Shown: positions 12,150 to 20,562 of the stretch, one piece after another
Numbering within the stretch: the stretch's first letter is position 1
Layout: each line of letters starts with the position of its first letter
The notes under the pieces: model-generated
The model's input: only the letters and a program-made list of their open reading frames with translations
Databases searched by the model: none
Told to the model about the DNA's origin: nothing
Translations under genes and position numbers: made by a program
Source: Octopus sinensis
Taxonomy: Eukaryota
Assembly: GCF_006345805.1 (NCBI RefSeq)
Contig: NW_021823873.1
Span: 1 to 20,562, forward strand
DNA length: 20,562 nucleotides
Direction of reading: 5' to 3'

Positions 12150-13300
12150 GGATACATTAAAAGTCGAAGGGAAGCTAAAAGAAAAATTAGTATACAACTC
12201 CTCACTAAAATTTAACAAAGAGAATAATACAAATAAAACTACCTGTTTAGACATAAACAAACAGAGCGAAAGAAAAATAAACAAGATACGTTACGTCGGT
12301 TACACTGGAGATTCAAACAAATGCCACTACTTGTTCACAAATGGGGCACTAGAGTAACATGTCCGCAGAAAAACAAACGCGTATTAATTAATAACAGATA
12401 TTCCAACAGATTATTAAGCCGTAATACAAATGAATAAAAAATAATAATAAATGCGCTCTTTTTAAAGCCTAGCCAGGCTCATGGGCCCGGTTTCCCGGTT
12501 TCTATGGCGAATGTGTTCCCCAGCTGGACGGGATGCCAGTCCATCGCAGTGTTACTCATTTTTGCCAGCTGAGTGGACTTGAACAACGTGAAATGAAGTG
12601 TTTTGCTCAAGAACACAACGCGTCACCTGGTCCAGGAATCGAAACCACAATCTTACGATCATGATGCTGACACCCTAACTACTAAGCCACGCGTCTCCAC
12701 TAATACAAATGAATACAGGCACAATTATATTAGATACATGCAATAAATACATACAAATGTACACCCTATAAAGAAAAACGCAAATCGCATATGAAGCGTG
12801 TCATACGCATTGCTGTCAAAGAGGCAAACGCGTTAACAAAACGTTATATACTGAAGATAGCGTATAACATCGGAATTTCAAATATAACTGGTAATATACT
12901 TTAAGAACACCAAACCGAAAACCTTTTTATCAGTGAAACACACCACAAACATGTAAACTCGAATACAAATAACTAAGGACTAATGTGATTCACAAATTTG
13001 CGAAATTAAAAGTTGTAAACTTCAGGACTCCAGCAGTTATATTGGTCGTAGTAGTGCAATTTTCTTTCATAGGCTCACCATACATTGACAAGAATCAGTC
13101 CGAATAGCGTATACTACAAATCACAAAACAAGGTTGGATAAAACAATACAGATTGGTACGACATCCATACTACATATATTTCAGCACTAGAACAAATTAA
13201 TCATGGATGCAACACAATACCTAAATGTATATACAAACAACAGACATATCATAAAATTGAACGCGTGATATATGACTTGAAAGTTGAAAGGTAAAAAAAT
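12150..13300 (+). mobile_element. Highly decayed Penelope-like retroelement (RT C-terminus and GIY-YIG endonuclease), interrupted by a SINE
   Basis: 12193: YNSSLKFNKE..NK(L/T)(P/T)CLDI, resembling the PLE motif NSxLKFTxE...NKLPFLDV. About 12386: LINNRYSN, resembling LVNNGYxN. 12982: NVIHKF. 13035: SYIGRSS...HRLTIH, a GIY-YIG signature. Order matches PLE architecture; boundaries approximate. Confidence 0.6.
12437..12700 (-). mobile_element. tRNA-derived SINE, family C, full length and young
   Basis: Minus strand: gtggagacgcgtggcttagtagttaggg (A box), ggtttcgattcc (B box), body ttgtgttcttgagcaaaacac...gtccactcagctgg, (TTA)n tail. Perfect 15-bp TSD taatacaaatgaata at 12422-12436 and 12701-12715. 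Confidence 0.9.
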
Positions 13301-13575
13301 TGGATGCTGAAGTGAATATAAATTTGACTACTGTTAATAGGGTTCACAGATAATTGTTGACGCGGACGCATAGCGGTCAACTATATTTAATGTTAACGTC
13401 TATATAAATTCGACTATGATTTAGCAGGCAAAATAGAGACTGCATATAGAAAGGTTGTTAGCGTTAGAGGAAGAAAAGTTACTAACAAACACCAAGAGCA
13501 TAAGCATTTTACAAATATACGAAATATCTTTAATAAAAAAAAAACAAAAGTGTTTTCGATAGAATTCACATACAA

Positions 13576-13788
13576 GGTGGTGAGCTGGCAGAATCGTTAG
13601 CACGCGGGCAAAATGCTTAGCTGTATTTCGTCTGTCGCTACGTTCTGAGTTCAAATTTCGCCGAGGTCGACTTTGCCTTTCATCCTTTCGGGGTCGATAA
13701 ATTAACTACCAGATGCACACTGGGGTCGATCTAATAGATTGCCCCTCCCCCCAAATTTTGAGCCTTGTACCTAGAATAGAAAAGAATA
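13576..13788 (+). mobile_element. SINE family A, full length
   Basis: ggtggtgagctggcagaatcgttagc...gagttcaaatttcgccgaggtcgactttgcctttcatcctttcggggtcgataaattaactaccag...gagccttgtacctagaatagaaaagaataaaa. Confidence 0.93.
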
Positions 13789-14035
13789 AAATTCACGTAC
13801 GCAGGGATATTTATGTGCGAACGTAGTCATCTTCCCAAATAGTGGAATCGTTGAGGTAACCATAATGTTCTGGTGATTTAATGAGCTAGCTTTATTTAAT
13901 TGTGTTAATTTGCAAATTATACAATTGTATTGTATAATGGTGACTACACATAATAAGGCTAACATGTGCGCATATATGTTGCATAGTGAAATTATGCAGT
14001 ACTTCAATATGCACCTCCTATACTTCGTGACTATG

Positions 14036-14452
14036 CCGCAGGCGTGGGTCTGTTGCTAGAAGCTTGGCTCCCAAACAAATGGTTCTGGGTTCGGTCCCAC
14101 TGCGTGGCACCGAACCCAGAACCATTTGGGCAAGTGTTCTCTGCTAGAGTCCCAGAGCAATCAAAGCCTTGTGAGTGGATTTGGTAGACGGATACTGAAA
14201 GAAGCTCGTCATATATACATTTATATGTGTGCGTGTGTGTGCGTGTGTGCGTGTGTGTCTTTGCCTCCCCCCCACCATTGATTGACAACCGATGTTGGTG
14301 TGTTTATGACCATGAAACTTAGCGGTTCAGCAAAACATATCTATAGAATAAGTACTAGGCTTACAGAGAGTAAGTCCTGGGGTCGATTTGTTTGGCTAAA
14401 GGCGGTGCTCCAGCATGGCCGCAATCAAATGCCTGAAAAGAGTAAAAGTGTA
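14036..14452 (+). mobile_element. SINE family B, full length, with a templated insertion
   Basis: gcaggcgtggg...ggttcggtcccactgcgtggcacc...gccttgtgagtggatttggtagacgg...internal TG tract...ggcggtgctccagcatggccgcaatcaaatgcctgaaaagagtaaaag. Confidence 0.9.
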
Positions 14453-14457
14453 GATAA

Positions 14458-14480
14458 GCATATATCTGTGTATATAGATA

Positions 14481-14540
<60 letters not shown>

Positions 14541-14549
14541 TATATATAT
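14458..14549. repeat. (TA)n tract, left flank of the H2B-LINE unit
   Basis: Direct reading. Confidence 0.95.
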
Positions 14550-14571
14550 CATACCACCAATATATATCATC

Positions 14572-14949
14572 ATACCACCAGCACCAGCTACCGCTTCGAA
14601 AGGAGCCAAGAAGGCTTCGAAGGCCAAAGCTTCACGTCCCCCCGGAGACAAGAAGCGCAAGAAGAAGAGGAAGGAAAGTTATTCCATCTACATCTACAAA
14701 GTAATGAAACAAGTCCACCCCGACACTGGTATTTCCAGCAAAGCTATGTCCATCATGAACAGTTTCGTCAACGATTTGTTCGAAAGAATCGCTTCTGAAG
14801 CCAGCCGTTTGGCTCACTACAACAAACGTTCGACCATCAGTAGCTGTGAGGTGCAGACTGCTGTCCGTCTGCTTCCCCCTGGTGAGTTGGCCAAACACGC
14901 CGTCTCTGAAGGTACCAAGGCTGTCACCAAATACACCAGCAGCAAGTAA
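14572..14949 (+). pseudogene. H2B: Histone H2B retrocopy/pseudogene (start codon lost, frame otherwise intact)
   Basis: In frame from ATA at 14572 it reads (I)[124 protein letters not shown], an unmistakable H2B. Lesions: ATG>ATA; R>C at 14845-14847 (tgt, CpG-type change in SREVQT); L>P at 14875-14877 (RLLLPG>RLLPPG). Upstream is (TA)n, with no promoter and no H2A partner. Confidence 0.95.
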
Positions 14950-14991
14950 ATCTATTCTATTGTCAAATAGACTATTCGTCTATTTGACAAC

Positions 14992-15011
14992 GGCCCTTTT
15001 CAGGGCCATCA
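14992..15011 (+). promoter_or_regulatory. Replication-dependent histone mRNA 3' stem-loop
   Basis: aac-GGCCCT-TTTC-AGGGCC-atca: canonical 6-bp stem and 4-nt loop (SLBP site), 42 nt after the H2B stop codon, followed by ATCA (canonical ACCA). Confidence 0.95.
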
Positions 15012-15866
15012 AATGAAGACAAATTCGAACTGATTCACTTTGGAAGGGAGGACGCTCTGAAACTCCCATACTCTCTTCCTTCTGGAGAAATTCTCATGGC
15101 ATCCAACAACATCAGAGACTTGGGAGTAACAGTGGACAACAACGTAAGCTGGGCTACACATATAAGCAGCAAAGTTGACATGGCCCGCAGAATGTGTTCC
15201 TGGATTCTCAGAACCTTCCAGTCGAGAGATTCCCACGCTATTATCCTTCTCTTCTCCACTTTTGCCCGACTCCACCTTGAATACTGCTGTCCACTGTGGT
15301 CTCCCTACACAAAACAAAATATTATGAGAATTGAAGCTCCCCAAAGGTCAATCACAAAAAAGATAGATGCATGTCAGACCTTGACTACTGGGGTAGACTA
15401 GAGAAGCTGAAATGTATTCACTCCAACGACGACCGTGAACGCTACATTATCTGTATGATGTGAAAATATTCCATTAGCACTGTTCGAATGATGTTGGCAT
15501 CACCTTCAAAATACATCCAAGGCTTGGACCACGTGCCATCCGTCCACACAAAATCTAAATCGCATCACATAACGACAATACGGCACAACTATTTCACCTC
15601 AATAGGACCCGCTCTCTCAACATTACACCAGGACACGTCAAAAAAGAAACTGACCACACAACAAAATTCAAGAAGTCTTTGGACAAATTCCTTCAACAGT
15701 CCCGGACAAACCACCCACACCCGGATATGTCTCCGCAAACAATAACTCTCTGCTCGAATGGGCCTTGGTGCCCAAATCCTGAACTGAAAGACTTCGCCAG
15801 GTGTTGCTATTAAGTTAGACATGGCCTGGGCCAACTGGCCAAACCTTTCTAAGTTATTCTAAGTTA
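15012..15866 (+). mobile_element. 5'-truncated CR1-group LINE (C-terminal part of ORF2 plus 3' UTR and tail)
   Basis: Open frame from 15012: NEDKFELIHFG...IRDLGVTVDNNVSWATHISSKVDMARRMCSWILRTFQSRD...LEYCCPLWSPY...IEAPQRSITKKI. After frameshifts: MSDLDYWGRLEKLK, YSLQRR, IGPAL, KFKKSLDKFLQ, PGYVSANNNSLLEW. These are typical CR1/L2-group post-RT motifs. Ends in the tandem tail ttctaagtta x2 (15847-15866). Clade assigned from recalled motifs. Confidence 0.85.
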
Positions 15867-15882
15867 TATATATATAATATAT

Positions 15883-15924
<42 letters not shown>

Positions 15925-15955
15925 GTATGTATATATAATATATGTATGTATATAG
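15867..15955. repeat. (TA)n tract, right flank of the H2B-LINE unit
   Basis: Direct reading. Confidence 0.95.
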
Positions 15956-16139
15956 TTCAAATTTACAGAAAAAAAGACGAAGACAGGTGAGGGAAAGAAG
16001 CAGCTGTAATAGTTTGACGCTTGGGAAAAATAGAAAAGTTTTTGACGTCTCAAGCCTACGATCTTCGATAAAAAGGATAAACAGAAAAAAAAATGGAGAC
16101 CAATAAATAAACGGAGGCAGAAAAAATGAGAAGCGATTA

Positions 16140-16215
16140 ACGTTGTTTATGTCTGTGTGTGTATACATATATATAATTAAATAAAGAAATGCATATACGC
16201 AAAATATATATATTA

Positions 16216-16262
<47 letters not shown>

Positions 16263-16307
16263 TATATAATATATAGATTAATCTAAATACATATATAACA
16301 TATACTC

Positions 16308-16349
<42 letters not shown>

Positions 16350-16979
16350 ATAATATATCATATATATAATATAACAAGTAATATCTATTTGTGGATGTAT
16401 CTCTTTCTATAAATATTTATATTTATATTATATCTATATATATATATATTATATATATACTATATATATATATATATATATATATTGTATATGTGTAAGT
16501 ATATACAGATTTGACATTTAAGAGGTGAATCTCTTATGGGCGAGATCGTGTCGCTCCCACGTAATCAGACTGGGGCCCATATTGACACCAGACCTGAGAT
16601 ACATAGTAAACTGTAGTGCAAGCCTTATTGGATCTAGCATCTTAGATCGCCTGATTGCCGACAAGCCGATTTGTCGGTGACTTGTCGAGTAGGAAAGCGC
16701 AATAGCGTGTAGGAACTACCAACCAGGATGAAGTCGTCCACCGGTGCAATAACCTTATGTACAAGCATTGCTGATAATTTGCATGGGCAAGGGGCAATAA
16801 TAATCTTCGCCAATCACACAAACACACGCGCGCACGCATGGGCATACAGATTTCAGCGTGAAACGCACAAGTTAGCCATTCAAAAACACACAAAGTACCT
16901 TAACTTCATTTAAATGTACTATTTGAAACATATACAAAAATACACATGCACACACATGTGAATGTGTGTTGTATATATA

Positions 16980-17065
<86 letters not shown>

Positions 17066-17116
17066 TATATATATATATATATATGTATGTATATATATAT
17101 GTATTATGTATGTATA

Positions 17117-17166
<50 letters not shown>

Positions 17167-17413
17167 TCTGTGTTTGTCTATGTCTGTGTGTGTGTGTATG
17201 CTTGTGGGTGTGTATGTATATTTTGTGTGTATATGTATATGTGTATATATATATAAGTATGTATGTATATTGAGACTTACACGAATTTAGAACAGTCATA
17301 AATTGAAATCGTATATCTCTCTGTCATTCTATATTGATGTAGATGTGTGTACAGGCGTATGTTTAAATATAGGTATACATAATATATTAATACGTACATA
17401 CATATATACATAC

Positions 17414-17449
<36 letters not shown>

Positions 17450-17881
17450 TGTGTGTGTGTGTGTGTGTTTGGTGTGTTTGTGGTGTGTGTGAATAAATAA
17501 ATAAATATATATATGTTCTTCCCATCACAGTCATATCAACAGTAAGTAACGAATGACAAATGACTATAGCAATGCTGCGAGTCACAGTGTTGAGATGTTG
17601 GAAGCGTGGTCGGGGTGGAGGATAAATGGCGGATTAAAAATAATGAAGAGACATTGTTTTAAGTATTATCGAAACAACAATCTTTTGTTGTATGACATTT
17701 TGTTCGTTGTTTTTTTTTTTTTTCAATCTACTTTTATGTCTGCCCTTACTTATCCCATCCCCACTTCACCCTTCATTTCTTTTTCTGTTTATTTTTTAGT
17801 TAATGGCTTAGTGGAAGCCTTTATTTCAAACACACAAAACACCTATATATATATTATATATATTAATATATATATTATATA

Positions 17882-17928
<47 letters not shown>

Positions 17929-18116
17929 GTAGATGTGTTTCGTTCCAGGCAATAAAAAATGAGTTTTAACTTTATTTGACACGATGTGACGCTAGTGGGT
18001 TTTGTCCGCCTGCGTGATGAAGGCTAGAAAAAATATATATTGGGTAGGGGTGATGTTTCTCTAAATTGTTCTCCTGTTATTATTCATCATCATCATTATT
18101 ATTATTATTATTATTA

Positions 18117-18168
<52 letters not shown>

Positions 18169-18284
18169 TGCCCAGTCGATCTATCTCACCATCTTTTGTA
18201 TGATATCACGGAATGCTACCTATGTTTTTGTTTTAAATCTTTCAAATGTTTTGGATATTCTTTTATTATTCATTGTTGTTGTTG

Positions 18285-18322
<38 letters not shown>

Positions 18323-18495
18323 TATTATTATCATTACTGTTTATACTTTCTCGCTTTTGATCATTTTTACTTATAGTCTATTGTGTCAGGCCAATCGATA
18401 TAACATAGACAACGTCTTTATATAATCGATAAATATTCATTATATTAACGATCTCTCTTCATAATATATATATATTATATATATAATATATATTA

Positions 18496-18541
<46 letters not shown>

Positions 18542-18635
18542 CTATATTATATATATATATATAATATATAGATATATATATATATTATATTTATATATAT
18601 ATATTATAATATTATATATATATACATATATATTA
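16140..18635. repeat. Series of microsatellites: (CT)n/(TA)n 16140-16490, TA/TG 16925-17500, TA 17843-17925, (ATT)n 18077-18335, TA 18460-18635
   Basis: Direct reading; tracts are separated by short unique spacers. Confidence 0.9.
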
Positions 18636-18669
18636 TCCATGTGGTTACCTTTATGTGACTCAGTAAACC

Positions 18670-19165
18670 TACGTGTAAATAAGTCTCATGAGTAGATGGA
18701 GCTGAACTAACTTCACATTGGTGAAATTCAGAAAGCTTTTAGACTTGATTTCACACACCATCCTAACAGAAAGCCCCCTCATGTAGCTTTCTCTGCCACT
18801 TGCATCCTTCTTCCTGATTTCTCTATGTGGCCGCAACTGGACAGCCTCTTCCAATGTTCCATCAGGAATCTTGTCCCCATCAGCTTTGGTAGACCGTCAG
18901 TTTCATTATTGTGTTTCTCTACTCAGAACACCAATATTGTTCGGTGGCCTCCATCAATTATTAAGATTCCGAATACGCCACAATATAACAACCGATGTGA
19001 CTTGTTCAGCAATGTAGCATTGACCAGCAAAGCCTACCCTTCATTAAAATAGTTTGTGTTTTAATTTGTAATCCTTGTAGCAACCTATAAGATTTCGTAT
19101 CTTCCTGCCATACTGTTATCTTCCGACAAAATTTTAAACAGCCGGTTGAATGTTAAAAGTATTAT
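18670..19165 (-). mobile_element. Probable decayed RTE-clade LINE 3' fragment
   Basis: Frameshifted minus-strand remnants resemble RTE C-terminal motifs: CL....I.WQED (RCLRxIxxIxWQD), ATLLNKSHRL..G (LLKxxLRWxGH), GLPKL (GRPKL), EEAVQLRP (WExxAxDRxxWR). Very diverged. Confidence 0.45.
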
Positions 19166-19173
19166 CGTTAATA

Positions 19174-19513
19174 CAGGAGTGGCTGTGTGGTAAGTAGCTT
19201 GCTTACCAACCACATGGTGGCGGGTTCAGTCCCACTGCGTGGCACCTTCGGGAAGTGTCTTCTGCTATAGCCTCGGGCCGACAAAAGCCTTGTGACAACC
19301 GATGCTGGTGTGTTTACGTCCCCGTCACTTAGCAGTTTGGCAAAAAGTACGATAGAATAAGTACTAGGCTTGCAAAGAATAAGTTCTGGGGTCGACTTTG
19401 CCTTTCCTCCTTTCGGGATCGATAAATTAAACACCAGTTACGTTCTGGGGTCGATCTAATCGACTGGCCTCCTCCCTAAAAATTTCGGGCCTTGTGCCTA
19501 CAATAGAAAAGAT
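19174..19513 (+). mobile_element. Chimeric SINE: family B head and body with family A 3' half
   Basis: B sequence runs to ggggtcga (19388-19395), then ctttgcctttcctcctttcgggatcgataaattaaacaccag...aaatttcgggccttgtgcc of family A. Confidence 0.88.
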
Positions 19514-19982
19514 AATATAGATAGCGGCAGCTTAAATAATTTGAGTAGGTGTTGGTCAACTTTTATCTAGGCTGTGTTTAACTTAATAACACAACAGTCT
19601 TTTAAGTCATGCTTTAAAATATCCTAGCCCACGCATCTACAGAATGATTGAATGCCGAAATGTGTCAGGTGTCGGTGATCGTCTGGCTTTTCTTGGAAGA
19701 ATTTGTACAGGTGTCGTTTCATTGTTGTTTATTATTTATTTTAGAATGATATTGAGAAAGACAGAGCGGTTTTAGGTAAAAAGAAAGTTATGTCGTAATG
19801 TTATCTATATAATGTGAGTTCGAATTTCGTAAGAGGTGTATGGCTCTGGCTCTGGGGCCAAAAATCGAGCTACTTGTGAACCTGATATTCTCTTCACTTT
19901 AACCGTATGGTAACTGAGAAAACACAGAGAGAAGAATAGATAACAAGATGGCAGTCTTTCGTTTTTATAGCGTTTTATAGGT

Positions 19983-20460
19983 GAGGCTCTGTCGTGCCTT
20001 CTTCGGCCGTGGAAATGAAGGGCTCTTCCATTGTGACGACTGCTGTTTCATCTCAGGCTCGTACCCGTAGACCTAACTCTCGTCACTGGTGATGATCTTC
20101 GCATAAAGGATTATTTGTCAGTGGTACACTGACGGAAATATTGACAGACCTCGATGCGATATTCTTTCTGCCCGTGGTTACAGGCGCAGGGGACAAACTT
20201 GGCATACACCTGCATGTTCCTTCATACGTTAGGATTACTGCACGGACCCGTTCGACAAGACCAACATCAGCAATGTCGTTGACTGTCCTTCAACGATCCT
20301 AATGCGTAAGCTAATCGATTTTCTCCAGATTCCTGGGATTGAGGTTCGTGGATGCTCTTCCAGATTGCTCGAGTACCAGGGACATTCTTCTACTTTTGAA
20401 GCTACCCTGCCACTTGAAATATTGCGTACGACCCATTGCCTCGTCGCTCGAGATACTCAA
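19983..20460 (-). mobile_element. Decayed mariner transposase fragment (irritans-like)
   Basis: Minus strand reads DEAMGRTQYFKW..FKSRRMSL...SGRASTN, AKFVP, QKEYRIEVC, and IITSDES*VYGYEPEMKQQSSQWKSPSFPRPKKARQS, i.e. the HTH region through the first catalytic D, with stops and frameshifts. TIRs not found. Confidence 0.85.
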
Positions 20461-20484
20461 GACCCACAAGTGCAATGATAATCC

Positions 20485-20562
20485 TTTCTATTATAGGCAC
20501 ACGGCCTGAAATTTTGGGGGAGGGAACTAGAGGACTACATCGACCGCAGCATTTCACTGTAC
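20485..20562 (-). mobile_element. SINE family A 3' end (continues beyond the window)
   Basis: tttctattataggcacacggcctgaaattttggggg is the reverse complement of the family A tail. Confidence 0.8.

Noticed and set aside
14282-14704. 140-aa ORF overlapping the H2B 5' end
   Set aside because: Composed of SINE-B, (TA)n and an off-frame reading of H2B; it does not supply a start codon in the H2B frame.
14572-15011. Functional histone gene or histone cluster
   Set aside because: No ATG, no promoter, two substitutions at conserved residues, and no H2A, H3, H4 or H1 in 20 kb.
15012-15025. Purine-rich aatgaagacaaa after the stem-loop as a U7-binding histone downstream element
   Set aside because: It begins only 4 nt after the stem and translates as NEDK, in frame with the LINE ORF (NEDKFELIHFG), so it is better explained as LINE sequence.
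20233-20478. About 80-codon stop-free plus-strand frame (DYCTDPFDK...)
   Set aside because: It is antisense to the mariner transposase remnant, which explains the sequence.

Overview
AT-rich, repeat-saturated non-coding DNA from an animal genome. The SINE families and the H2B sequence suggest an octopus; this is an inference, not a database match. No intact protein-coding gene is supported, and most listed ORFs are read-throughs of (TA)n, (CA)n, (GAT)n or (AAT)n microsatellites. The window holds about 17 copies or fragments of three tRNA-derived SINE families (labelled A, B, C here), two decayed mariner transposons of different types, a piggyBac-type non-autonomous element with a TTAA target duplication, a decayed Penelope-like element interrupted by a young SINE with a 15-bp TSD, and a probable RTE LINE remnant. 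The most striking object is at 14548-15866. A histone H2B copy (start codon ATG>ATA, no promoter) ends 4 nt after its replication-dependent 3' stem-loop, where the processed mRNA would end, and is fused directly to a 5'-truncated CR1-type LINE. The whole unit sits between two (TA)n tracts. This looks like a histone-mRNA/LINE template-switch chimera, a route by which a non-polyadenylated mRNA could be retrotransposed. Three separate perfect fold-back hairpins (13, 15 and 20 bp) that look like templated insertions, and a SINE B/A recombinant, also occur.
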